Counted from the stretch's first letter, positions 31,299-41,231 are shown. The stretch is 64,000 nucleotides of DNA from Candidatus Marinacidobacterales bacterium (GCA_965224085.1 CBDCYI010000005.1:1088001-1152000); one strand, 5' to 3'. Made by a program: numbers and translations. Notes: generated from the sequence alone by a model not told the origin.

Positions 31299-31359
31299 CG
31301 ATATCGCCGCGGAGCGGGGGGGCCGGTAGTCTCGACGCCGGGTCAAGAAATTTACCTCG

Positions 31360-31625
31360 TCACAAGTGCTCGGGAGTGAGAGCTGTGTGTTTGGCAATGC
31401 GCGCAAGCAGCTTCGGACCGATTTCCTCGTAGTGATGCCAGCGGTTCTCCTCCCTCAAGGCGTATAAGACTTCGGTCGGGCGACGGGTCCAGAACTCCTG
31501 ACACAAGAAATACACCTTTGCCTCGGACAAGATACGTGGATACATGCTGTCGTACGATCCTTGGATGCGGTAGGCAACGCTCCGGTCGGGATCCAAAGCC
31601 GCGACGCGGTCGCCAAACGCTCCCA
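31360..31625 (-). pseudogene. C-terminal fragment of a DUF2817/M14-like metallopeptidase
   Basis: AYRIQG...QEF.T...VLYALREENRWHHY. Confidence 0.55.
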
Positions 31626-31991
31626 TCATTTCACGAGGACCACCTCGCGGCGGCGCGGTAGAGGCACGCCGAAGGATCGACAGATCAAAGGCCGCGCATC
31701 GTAGAGCTGGCAACGCCCCTCAGGATCCAAAGCCGGGCACATTTCCCTCGCTTTGTCACGCGCCCGCTGCGCAAGCTCTTTCCGTTCGGCGTCCGGCAGG
31801 CGCGCCAAGCCGCTCTGAAAAAACGCTGCCTCGACGTGAGTGACCGAAAGGCGCGCGCGGCAGCAGTCGGTGCATCCGGCGCGACACTGCATGCACGTGC
31901 CCCGGCGCGCCTGTATTTTCGCGAAGTCCTCGTCGACGGCGTTCGCGAGATCGGAGAGACGTGCCAGCGGATCTTTCTCGTGAACAGCCAT
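31626..31991 (-). CDS. YkgJ family cysteine-cluster protein (possibly 3' truncated)
   Basis: CRAGCTDCC and CPALD..GRCQLYDARPLICR. Confidence 0.8.
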   Translation of the reverse strand: MAVHEKDPLARLSDLANAVDEDFAKIQARRGTCMQCRAGCTDCCRARLSVTHVEAAFFQSGLARLPDAERKELAQRARDKAREMCPALDPEGRCQLYDARPLICRSFGVPLPRRREVVLVK

Positions 31992-32039
31992 TGTGCTCAC
32001 TCTGACACAAAGGAGCGGGTCTTGCTGATACGCTATGGC

Positions 32040-33479
32040 GTGAAACCGTCCACTCCTCTGCTGTCCGGCCTCGTCGCTTTCGTCAAACGGGATTGCCCGA
32101 CCTGCGAGCTCGTCGTGCCAGTTCTTTCGCAAATCTCCGCGAAGGAAACGCTGACGGTCTATACGCAAGATGATCCGGCCTTCCCGCCGGGTATCCCGGC
32201 GGTAGATGACACGTCCCTCGAGCAGTCGTGGCACCACCAGATCGAGATCGTGCCGACGCTCATCCGCGTGCAGGGCGGCGAAGAGCGTGGGCGCGTCTTG
32301 GGTTGGCACCGTGAGGAATGGGAAGCGCTCTCAGGCATCCCTGCGCTCGGGGCCGGCCTTCCCGGGCTTCGCCCAGGATGCGGCTCGCTCAGCGTTGATC
32401 CTTCGCGTGTACGGGAGCTCTCGGTGCGCTTCGGCGGCTCCAAGCTTCGCGCACGCCGTGTCGAGCTTGCCGCGCTCGAAGACGAAATGGAGGCCATGTA
32501 CGCCCGAGGCTGGAGCGACGGGCTGCCAATCGTGCCCCCGACGGAGTCGCGTGTGCTTGCGATGCTCGAAGGAACGACGCGTGCGCCCGACGACGTTGTA
32601 GCGATTGTCCCGCCCGATCTGGTGGAGTGCACCGTCGAGAAGGTCGCGATCAACGCCGTGATGGCCGGCTGCAAACCCGAATACTTGCCCGTCGTGTTAG
32701 CTGCTGTGGAAGCCGTGTGCACGGACCGCTTCAACATGCACGGTGTTATCGCCACGACGATGGGGGTCGGGCCGATCGTCGTCGTGAACGGTCCCATCCG
32801 CCGCGCGATCGGGATGAACTCCGGGATGAACGTGCTCGGGCAAGGCAACCGCGCCAACGCGACGATGGGACGCGCGCTGCAGCTCGTGGTCCGAAACGTC
32901 GGCGGTGGACGCCCAGGAGAAGTCGACCGCGCGACTTACGGAAACCCCGGGAAGCTCGGATTCTGTTTTGCGGAAGACGAGGAAAGCTCGCCGTGGGGAC
33001 CGCTATCGGCCGACTTCGGCGCCGAGCCGGGCACGAGCACAGTCACGGTGTTCGCCGGTGAAGGGCCGCGCAACGTCATCGACCAGAGGTCGCGGGAACC
33101 GGTGTCTCTGTCGCGCAGCCTAGCTGCCACGCTTCGCTCCTTGCAGCACCCAAAGCTCGCCATCGGCTATGACGCGATGCTCGTCGTTGGGCCCGAGCAC
33201 GCGCGCGTTCTCAAAGCGGCCGGCTGGAGCAAAGAGCAGCTCATCGCAAAATTGATGGAGCTCTTGACGATTCCGGGCGAGGAGATGATGCGCGGCGTGG
33301 ACGACATCGCCGAGGGCATGCCCGAGTCGTTTCGCAGCCAGCCCGTGACCAAGTTCCGTCCGGGCGGCCTTCTTGTCGTCCACTGCGGCGGTAGCGCCGG
33401 CCTCTTCTCCGCTATCCTCGGCGGCTGGGCGAGCGGCCCGAAAGGTAGCCAGCCCACGGTTCAGGAGATTCGACCATGA
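32040..33479 (+). CDS. Thioredoxin-like (CPTC) domain fused to an uncharacterised domain; partner of the UGSC selenoprotein
   Basis: KRDCPTC, IEIVPTL, RPGCGS, GWSDGLPIVPPT, AVMAGC, GNRANATMGRA; probable GTG start. Confidence 0.82.
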   Translation: MKPSTPLLSGLVAFVKRDCPTCELVVPVLSQISAKETLTVYTQDDPAFPPGIPAVDDTSLEQSWHHQIEIVPTLIRVQGGEERGRVLGWHREEWEALSGIPALGAGLPGLRPGCGSLSVDPSRVRELSVRFGGSKLRARRVELAALEDEMEAMYARGWSDGLPIVPPTESRVLAMLEGTTRAPDDVVAIVPPDLVECTVEKVAINAVMAGCKPEYLPVVLAAVEAVCTDRFNMHGVIATTMGVGPIVVVNGPIRRAIGMNSGMNVLGQGNRANATMGRALQLVVRNVGGGRPGEVDRATYGNPGKLGFCFAEDEESSPWGPLSADFGAEPGTSTVTVFAGEGPRNVIDQRSREPVSLSRSLAATLRSLQHPKLAIGYDAMLVVGPEHARVLKAAGWSKEQLIAKLMELLTIPGEEMMRGVDDIAEGMPESFRSQPVTKFRPGGLLVVHCGGSAGLFSAILGGWASGPKGSQPTVQEIRP

Positions 33480-34009
33480 CGAACGAACCTCGCACTGTGC
33501 TCGATCCGACGAGCGAGCAAAAGCCCAAGCACATCCCGCGAGCGCCACGCCTCGCGTCTTTCGAGAAGCGCACCATCGGCTTGCTCGACATCAGCAAGCC
33601 GAAAGGAAACGTCTTTCTCGATCGCGTCGAGCAAGAGCTCCGAGCGCTAGGGGCCGCCGTGGAGAGGTTCCAGAAACCGACCTTCGCCAAGCCGGCGCCG
33701 GTCGATCTCCGGCACGAGATCGCCACCCGGTGCGATGCGGTCGTCGAAGCGCTCGCCGACTGAGGAAGCTGCACGTCGTGCAGTGTGCACGACTCGGCGG
33801 AGCTCGAAAGCCGGGGCGTCCCCACCGTCTTCATCGCGACCGAGCCCTTCATCGACGGCGCCGAAGCGCAGGCGAGAGCGCTCGGCGTCGAGCCTATCGG
33901 TGTGTTCGTACCGCACCCCATTCAAGATCGAACCGACGACGAAGTCCGCATCATCACGGCGGACGCGATGGCGAAGATCGTGACCGGCTTGACCACGGGA
34001 CAAACCTAG
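33476..34009 (+). CDS. UGSC-family selenoprotein (UGA 33761-33763 read as Sec)
   Basis: Two same-frame ORFs joined across TGA: ALAD-U-GSCTSCSVHD..LESRGVPTV..VPHP; SECIS-like hairpin follows. Confidence 0.85.
33775..33793 (+). promoter_or_regulatory. Putative bacterial SECIS element
   Basis: GTCGTGCA-GTG-TGCACGAC perfect 8-bp stem with G-first loop, after an 11-nt spacer from the UGA. Confidence 0.7.
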
Positions 34010-34069
34010 CTCTCGGATGCGCGCGTCGATCCGTCGGTCGCTCTTGGCGTTTAGCCTAGCCGGCTCCCT

Positions 34070-34272
34070 ATGATCAGAAACGGCCACGCCGACTCGCCTG
34101 CCCGCTTTGTCGAGTTCGTCACCCTCATGGGGTTGATGATGTCGCTCGTGGCGCTCTCGATCGACGCCATGCTTCCCGCGCTCTCTCAGATCGGCTCCGA
34201 TCTCGGCGTGACGCGCGCCAACGACAATCAGCTCATCGTTTCGCTGCTCCTACTCGGTATGGCCATCGGAGC
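34070..34272 (+). pseudogene. 5' fragment of a Bcr/CflA MFS transporter
   Basis: EFVTLMGLMMSLVALSIDAMLPAL..QLIVS, then similarity stops. Confidence 0.75.
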
Positions 34273-34335
34273 TCGGGATGAAGCTGCCACAAACTCGAGA
34301 TGGACACAGCAAGCTTGCAAAACGGGAGCGTCGAG

Positions 34336-34874
34336 ATGTTTGAGACCGAGAGATTCATCGAAGCGTGCCGGAAAGCCGTGAAGGATACGGACACGCGTGC
34401 GATCAGGGAAGTCGTGGAAAGAGCGGTCAGCGAGCCTGGCCAAATCGTAAAGAAATTGGGCGGGCCGAAGCGCGCCGGGATCGAGACACTCCACCAATCG
34501 GCCGACTTGACCGTGCTCAACCTCATCTGGGGTCCAGGGATGTCGCTCCATCCGCACGACCACCGCATGCTCGCTATCATCGGTCTTTACGGCGGACAGG
34601 AAAATAACACCTTCTACAAACGCAGCAAGGCGGCCTGAGCGAGCAGGGCGGCAAGGAGCTGAACGCGAAAGAAACACTTGTCCTCGGCGAGGCCGTCATC
34701 CACGCCGTCAGCAACCCCCTCGACGAGCTGACGGGAGCCATCCACGTCTACTCGGGCGATTTCTTCGCGACACCGCGAAGCGAGTGGGACCCCGAAACAT
34801 TCGAAGAGCATCCTTACGACATCGAGCACACGTTGCGGGTCTTCGAAGAATCCAACCAGCGGCTCGAACATTGA
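34336..34874 (+). pseudogene. Cysteine-dioxygenase-like cupin, frameshifted near 34630
   Basis: WGPGMSLHPHDH..IGLYGGQE, continuing in another frame as VIHAVSNP..GAIHVYSGDFF. Confidence 0.78.
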
Positions 34875-35385
34875 CACGGTTCACGGTCCTCGGCGTCGCG
34901 ACCGCGTCGCTTCTGAGCTGCACGCCGTCCGATAGAACCACCGCTCCCGATCTTCTCTATGTCGGGGCGTTCGACACGAACCAGGAAGCGAGCGACTTCT
35001 TGACCGTCCTCGACGCGGATCGCGGCGCGTCAACGTACGGCGTCATCTTAGACACGCTCCCGGTCGGCTTGGTCGGAGGCGCACACCACACCGAACATCG
35101 CATGCCCGATGGGAACATCCTTTTCGCGAACGCCTTCTCCGCGGGCACAACGTTCTTGTTCGACGTTACGCGTCCTCGCTCGCCAGCCGTTCTGAGCTCA
35201 TTCGTCGAACGAGGCGCCTACACATTCCTCCACAGCTCCGAGCGGCTGCAAAGCGGTAACGTGCTCGCAACCTTCCAGAATCATGGGGATGGAAACCTGG
35301 AGCCGGGCGGACTCGTCTAGCTGGATCCAGAGGGAGTCTTTGTTAGAGGAGCCGACGCCGCAGACCCCGGTGTCGATCACCTTCG
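34871..35385 (+). pseudogene. Selenium-binding protein/methanethiol oxidase (SBP56)-like lipoprotein fragment
   Basis: Lipobox LLSC, DFLTVLDAD..STYG, AHHTEH, FANAF, HS..RL.SGNVLATFQ, PGGLV*LD (TAG at 35318), truncated. Confidence 0.65.
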
Positions 35386-35405
35386 CGCCCTGAGGGGCTC
35401 CATCC

Positions 35406-37031
35406 TCACCCCCTCAAGGCCGCAAGCTGGTCCGCGTAGCCGGCGGGATCGATGGTGACGTCGATCAGGGCCGGCCCTTCATGGGCGAAGGCCCCGGTCA
35501 TGGCCGGAGTCAGGTCTTCATGGGCCTGAACATGCCAGGACAGCCAACCGAGCGCTCGCGCGATCACGGCGAGGTCGGCGGGCGGGTATCGGACCCCCCG
35601 GCTGGCGCGCTGCTGACGCTGCTGTTTAATGTCGATGAGCGACAGCGCCGCATCGTTGAGGACCACAACGACGATCCGGCAGCTGTTCTCTACCGCAGTC
35701 TTCAGCTCCCCCAGACACATCATCAACCCGCCGTCGCCCGTGAAGGCGACGACCGTTCGGTCCGGCTCCTCCAGGCAGGAGGCAACGGCGGCGGGAAGGG
35801 CGTATCCCATGGTGGACAGGCCATTGGACTTCAACACGCCGAAAGGCTCTTGGGCCTGCCATGACGAGAGAACGCTGAACATGTGGGCGCCCGCATCCAC
35901 CGCGGCCCGGCAACGGGCAGGCGCAGCGTGACGTGCAAGCTCGACCACGGTCTGCGCTGTGTGGCCATTGCCGAGGCAACGGAGACGTGCACGCATCTTT
36001 TCGCGAAGCTCCCCGATCTCGTTCCGTGTCCACTTGGTTGGCTTGCCAACCGGAAGGATGCCGAGAACCGCCTCGGCGAGAGAGCCGACGAGCCGGCAGG
36101 CCGGAGGTGCCGGGGGGTCGGAGCCTGTGTAAGGAAAAAGATCCAGGATCGGCGCGTCGTAGTGCCATTGCCCGGGAATGAGCTCCACCGAATCCAGACC
36201 GTAGAGCACGATCAGGTCGGCGCGGCTGACGGTGTCCGCCTCAGCCACCGCGCCCGTGAACGTTCCAACGGTACCCGGGTGGCTATCGGGTAATACGCCC
36301 TTGGCCTTGTAAGTCAGAAGCACCGGACAAGACAGGGCGTCAGCGAGCTTCTCGAGCGCCGCCGGCGCGTCACCGGAGCGGGACTCCAGGCCGGCAATAA
36401 TAATGGGGTTGCGGCTTTCACCCAATAGCTCGCGGGCTAATTCTACATCGTGAGCTTCGAAGACATCGGCGACGGAGGGACGGGACCGCTCAATCTCCAC
36501 GATCGAACGCCTTGGCGCATCGGTGGACGAGCCCGCCACGTAGGCCGAAGCGTCTGCTGCCGTCAGATCCAGATGCACCGGCCCCCGTGGAGGCGCCAGT
36601 GCGACTTCGATCGCCCTTTCGATTCCGGCGCGACCGTCCCCGGGGCGGAGCCTCCCCTGGGACTTGGTTATGGGGGCGAACAGTGCGCTTTGATCGAAGG
36701 CCTGGTGCAGGGAAGAAGCAGGGCCGTCGGTGAACAAGACCAACGGCGCTCGCTCCAGATGGGCGTAGGCGATGCCGTTTACGGTGCTGGCGGCACCCGG
36801 GCCGACGCCGGCCAGCACCACTCCGGGCGTGCCGGTCAACTCGCCGGTGACCGCAGCCATTATCGCCGCTGCCGTCTCCGTTCGGGCGAGCACGAACTCG
36901 ATACCCTGTGCGCCGGCCGCGTCGATCAGATCCAGGCTCGACCCACCCCCCGGGATCCCGAATATCCGTTGCACACCGTGACGCACCAGTGCGGCAACAA
37001 TGGATTCGGCCAAAGTGTTGGGGGCAGACAC
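35406..37031 (-). CDS. Thiamine-diphosphate-dependent enzyme (acetolactate synthase large subunit-like)
   Basis: FGIPGG, TETAAAIMA, GPGAAS, TMGYALP, GDGG..LND. Confidence 0.88.
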   Translation of the reverse strand: MSAPNTLAESIVAALVRHGVQRIFGIPGGGSSLDLIDAAGAQGIEFVLARTETAAAIMAAVTGELTGTPGVVLAGVGPGAASTVNGIAYAHLERAPLVLFTDGPASSLHQAFDQSALFAPITKSQGRLRPGDGRAGIERAIEVALAPPRGPVHLDLTAADASAYVAGSSTDAPRRSIVEIERSRPSVADVFEAHDVELARELLGESRNPIIIAGLESRSGDAPAALEKLADALSCPVLLTYKAKGVLPDSHPGTVGTFTGAVAEADTVSRADLIVLYGLDSVELIPGQWHYDAPILDLFPYTGSDPPAPPACRLVGSLAEAVLGILPVGKPTKWTRNEIGELREKMRARLRCLGNGHTAQTVVELARHAAPARCRAAVDAGAHMFSVLSSWQAQEPFGVLKSNGLSTMGYALPAAVASCLEEPDRTVVAFTGDGGLMMCLGELKTAVENSCRIVVVVLNDAALSLIDIKQQRQQRASRGVRYPPADLAVIARALGWLSWHVQAHEDLTPAMTGAFAHEGPALIDVTIDPAGYADQLAALRG

Positions 37032-37043
37032 GACTGGCTCCGG

Positions 37044-37720
37044 TCAGATTTTCTTGTACTTCGCCATCGCCTCGGAGAATGTCAGGCCGGCCTTCATATC
37101 CTCTATGGCCGAGGCATCGTCCTGGGCAAACTGTTCGGCAAGGCTAACAATCTTCGCCGCATCCTGGCGCGGTAGGCAGACGACCCCGGTCCCGTCACCG
37201 GCGAGGATGTCCCCTGGCTCCACCCGAACCCCGTCGATGACAATGGGCTCATTGATGGCTTCAACCTTGAGCCGTGTACGGCCCGTGCTCGGCACTATGT
37301 GCCGGGCGAATACCGGAAAGTCGAAAGCGATGATCTCTTCCAGATCCCGCACGGCCCCGTCGACCACCAAGCCCGCAACACCTTTCAACTTCGCAGCGTA
37401 GGACGCCATGCCACCCCAGGTGGAATAAGGTGCCCATCTCCATCGATGACGATCACGTCGCCGGCTGTCGCGGCGTCGATCATCGCACCGACCCTGAAAT
37501 CCTCGCTGCTAAAACTGCCAAACTCACCGCTCGCCTCCTTGACGGTCACCGCCGGCCCGGCAAACCAGAAGCCGGCCGCCACTGTCTTGATTCCCGGCAT
37601 CATCTTGTCGTGGTAGCCAGTATCGTCAAGGGCGTTGGCCAGGGTGCTGGTGGCCAGAGAAGCGATGCGATCGATCACGTCGTACTCTTCCAGATAATCT
37701 CGACCATCGCAACCTATCAA
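37044..37720 (-). pseudogene. RraA/HMG-aldolase family protein, frameshifted near 37425
   Basis: TSTLANALD, GPAVTV, GDVIVID, then STWGGMAS, VDGAVRD, GDILAGDGTGVV in another frame. Confidence 0.8.
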
Positions 37721-38292
37721 GACAAGCGCTCATGGAGTAACGATGATGTCCGCTCAGCGCTCGATTTCTTTTGCTGCACTTCGGTGAACGCCATCCGGAC
37801 GACCCCGTAATGTGCGGCGCTTCGTCGTAATAGGTGCTACCCGATCCGTCCTCAATCGCGGACGACCTACGCGTCGTCGTCTCGGGCCTCTACTTGCTCT
37901 CGAAGGCGCGCGAGCCAGGCGCTCTCCGTTGTGGGCCCTTCGTCGCTGCCTCGATAACGCACGCGAACGGCTCGGTCCGCGAGCTCGCGGTCACCGAGCA
38001 CGAGAACGTAGGGAACTTTCTCGAGTGCGGCGTCGCGCACTCTCGCTCCCAGCGGCTCTTGCTACGATGAGACCCACAACTCGAAGGATCTCGGCTTCGA
38101 GCTGATCGGAGCGGTCAATGTCTCAGCTTGCATAGGCTGGGCCGTTTGGTCACGGTCGTGGAGAATCCCAGATGCTTTGGCCGGCGAATCCGCTGTCAGG
38201 CCATCTCGCCGGTCATCAACCACCGAGCGCATGCCGGCCCCAGCTCCACGAGCGCCCGCTCCTCGTAGCTCAACCGGTCCTCTTCTGGAAGG

Positions 38293-38640
38293 ATGTCCGT
38301 CCATCGGCAGAAGAAGCGCTTCCCCATCGGACAACCTACGCCTGTCGAGGCGATTGAATTCAGAATGGATCAGCTGGGCCTGAGCCGAAGAGATCTCGAA
38401 GAGTACATAGGCAGCCGAAGCAAAGTGTCGGAGGTTCTTTCCGGAAAGCGCTCGCTCACACTGCGAATGATCCGAGCGTTGTCGAAGGGCCTTGATATTC
38501 CCGCCGACGTGCTCCTTCAAGAGTCGCTGCCGGCCGACTTAGGCCTCGAATGGACACGATTCCCTCTGCCGGAAATGCATCGTCGCGGATGGCTCCCCTC
38601 CGCCGACGAAGATCGTGCAGAGGAACTGATACGCGAATAG
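38293..38640 (+). pseudogene. HigA-like Xre HTH antitoxin/regulator fragment
   Basis: PVEAIEFRMDQLGL..DL..YIGSRSKVSEVLSGKRSLTLRMIRAL; N-terminus and the expected C-terminal domain are missing. Confidence 0.75.
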
Positions 38641-39674
38641 ACGTCGCTTCGTTCGAGAACATCGCCAGCCTGGCGTCGCCTAGCATCGCGGCGCTATCCG
38701 CGCAGCACGCAACAGTCGAGGCTCTCATCGCAAGCGGGTCTATCCCGAATTTGGAAGTCGATCTTTCGACTCATCGACTACTCGGCGCCCTGGCGATGCC
38801 GGAAGCTCTTGCTGCAGCCGGACAGCTAAGCGAATCCTTTGCAGACGCGTTTCTTCAAGCACAACTTGCGTTCGAACAGGACTTGGTGGAGCCGCGACTA
38901 GCCCAATTGAGCGACGTCTCAGACGCGGTATTGCGAAATCAAGCTCTCGTCATCCAGGAGGCCTCCAAGCTGGCTTCGGTCATCAACGTCGGAATGGTCT
39001 TCGCCGCTCTCGATAGCCCCGATCCCTCTTCGCTCTCGTTGCCGCCGGACTGGCGTCGAACGAATTTCTACTCGGAGCTTCATTCCGAACTGGAACTTTC
39101 GTTGGATCTGGAAGACACCGAGCTCGACATCCAGACACGCGTAAGGACAACGCGACCCAGCAGGGCGTCGTCAGAAGCCTACCGGCTGCTGAAGCTCGTG
39201 CGTGCGTTTAACAAACGCGACGTCCGCAACGGTAAACCGGAAACATTTAAGCCTACTATAGAGCTGGCGTGGGGCTTCGCGGTTACCACCCACGAGGTCG
39301 CGACCGACGAGGAGTCGTTTGCCAACGTGGTCGATTCGCTCTTTCATATCATGTACGAGGGAACTGGGAACGCGCAACGGTTCGTGGAAACCTACGGTCG
39401 CGAGGATCCGCGACTGAACTGGTTATGGGATCTCAAGCACCTTAGACATGAGATTCGCCATGACATCGATCACGGGGATTCGCTTGAGACAAGGCGGAAA
39501 CATCTACGAGTGGGAAGAATCTTTGAGTCGCTTATCGGCCGACGCTTTCCGCAAACAAGCGAAGATTGGCTCACTGCACAAATCGAGATCTACCGGAGCC
39601 TTCGAAGGATGCTTGACGCTTTCTGGTCTGAGTCTCCCGGGGATGGTCGTGCTCCCCGAGACGGCGACGGGTAG
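38550..39674 (+). CDS. Hypothetical protein with HEPN-like RxxxxH motif (5' end uncertain)
   Basis: Long ORF; LKHLRHEIRHDIDH in a helical C-terminal region. Confidence 0.5.
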   Translation: MDTIPSAGNASSRMAPLRRRRSCRGTDTRIDVASFENIASLASPSIAALSAQHATVEALIASGSIPNLEVDLSTHRLLGALAMPEALAAAGQLSESFADAFLQAQLAFEQDLVEPRLAQLSDVSDAVLRNQALVIQEASKLASVINVGMVFAALDSPDPSSLSLPPDWRRTNFYSELHSELELSLDLEDTELDIQTRVRTTRPSRASSEAYRLLKLVRAFNKRDVRNGKPETFKPTIELAWGFAVTTHEVATDEESFANVVDSLFHIMYEGTGNAQRFVETYGREDPRLNWLWDLKHLRHEIRHDIDHGDSLETRRKHLRVGRIFESLIGRRFPQTSEDWLTAQIEIYRSLRRMLDAFWSESPGDGRAPRDGDG

Positions 39675-39969
39675 CCGCACACTCGCCGGGACGAGCTGCG
39701 TTAAATAACGGTTGCCTTCACGTCGATTGGCTACTCTCGCTCGGGTAGGATACGTCACGTCTTCGCGGCGAGAGTGTTCGAAGCAATCGCTCTCAGGATT
39801 GTCGATTGGAGGATCGTGGGGCTGTTCGTGGCGCGCAAAGCTTACTTAGACGAACCGTTCTGCTGAATTCGGGCGCAACGGCACAAGTTAAGCACAAGTC
39901 CCGACCAGTCGGGTCCGGGCACCGCGTGATTCTGCCGCATGAAGTCATAGCAAGCGAATCACTTCCAAC

Positions 39970-40053
39970 TGGTACCGGGGGTGGGAATCGAACCCACACA
40001 CCTTGCGGTAGGGGATTTTAAGTCCCCCGCGTCTGCCATTCCGCCACCCCGGC
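39970..40053 (-). tRNA. tRNA-Leu(TAA)
   Basis: Cloverleaf GCCGGGG/CCCCGGT, anticodon loop CTTAAAA, long variable arm, TTCGATT, encoded CCA. Confidence 0.96.
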
Positions 40054-40142
40054 ATGAGTAGGACGATCATAGCGCAGCAGTGGTGCCGACGTGACTCCCG
40101 TCACGTTGGTAAAGGCGTGCTTACGGTACGCTTCAGGTAGCC

Positions 40143-41141
40143 GTGATCGTTCGCGTGCTCGCTTTCGTGTGGGGCGTAAGCCTGCTCGCGTGCCGTACGG
40201 CCTCCGAGCCTTCGGATTTCGAGCCGGTGGAGATACCCGCGGCTCCGGCGGGCGCGAACGCAGTCCTGCTCGAAGATCTTCCTGCGGGAGCGCTCTATCC
40301 TCCCGGCAACTGGTGGGGCCAAGATATCCGGAGCGCGCCGGTCGATCCCACGTCCGATGACATGCTGCGGTGGATTGGCGGACGGCAGCTCCATCCCGAC
40401 TTTGGGCCGCCGCCATACGGCATCCCGTATGTCACGGTCTCTGCTGGCACGCCCCGTGTGCCGATCACTTTCGTCGACTATCCCGAAGAGAGCGACGCGG
40501 GAGCGCTGGGGAGCTCGGGATACCCTATTCCCGACGAAGGGAAGTCGCAGCCAAACTACATCGAGGGCGGCGTCCCTGGAGGCGGAAGCAACGGCGACCG
40601 CCATCTTCTCGTCTTCGATCGAGGCCAACGGCTGTTGTTCGAGACGTGGGCCACGCGGTTCAACGCTACTGAGAACCGGTGGGAAGCAGGCTCGTGGGCG
40701 GTGTTCGATTTGACCTCGAACGCGCGACGGCCCGAAGGTTGGACGTCCGCAGACGCAGCCGGGCTCGCGATTCTTCCTGGTCTCGTGCGCTACGACGAAG
40801 TCTATGGTTCGGGAGAGATCCAGCATGCTTTTCGCGTGACCGTGCGCGCGACCGACGGCCACGTATGGCCCGCGTCTCACACCGCGGGAGCCACCACCGG
40901 TGCTCCCCCGATGGGGACGCGCTTGCGCCTGCGCGCTAGCAAAGATCTTTCGGACTTCTCCGAGCCGATGCAGAGAATCTTCCGAGCGATGAAGACCTAC
41001 GGCCTCATTGTCGCCGACAACGGAAGCGACATGTTCGTCACCGGCACGATGGATCCGCGCTGGAGCAATGACGTGCTGAATCCCGCCTTTCGCGCGCTGA
41101 CGTCTGACGATTTCCAGATCATCACCCTTGGTTGGCGCTGA
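40143..41141 (+). CDS. Conserved secreted lipoprotein of unknown function
   Basis: Lipobox LLAC; YGIPY, GDRH, GWTSADAAGLAILPGLVRYDE, YGLIVADNGS. Confidence 0.75.
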   Translation: MIVRVLAFVWGVSLLACRTASEPSDFEPVEIPAAPAGANAVLLEDLPAGALYPPGNWWGQDIRSAPVDPTSDDMLRWIGGRQLHPDFGPPPYGIPYVTVSAGTPRVPITFVDYPEESDAGALGSSGYPIPDEGKSQPNYIEGGVPGGGSNGDRHLLVFDRGQRLLFETWATRFNATENRWEAGSWAVFDLTSNARRPEGWTSADAAGLAILPGLVRYDEVYGSGEIQHAFRVTVRATDGHVWPASHTAGATTGAPPMGTRLRLRASKDLSDFSEPMQRIFRAMKTYGLIVADNGSDMFVTGTMDPRWSNDVLNPAFRALTSDDFQIITLGWR

Positions 41142-41231
41142 GACAGCGGGAGTTCGCGAGGCTTCCGTTCGATCTTCCCGTTATTTGTTGCCACTTTGGG
41201 ATCAACGGATCGCCTGAGGGGGCTTCCTCGA

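Noticed and set aside
35318-35320. Pyrrolysine or readthrough at the TAG in the SBP56-like gene
   Set aside because: A GAG>TAG nonsense change is simpler, and the gene is truncated shortly afterwards
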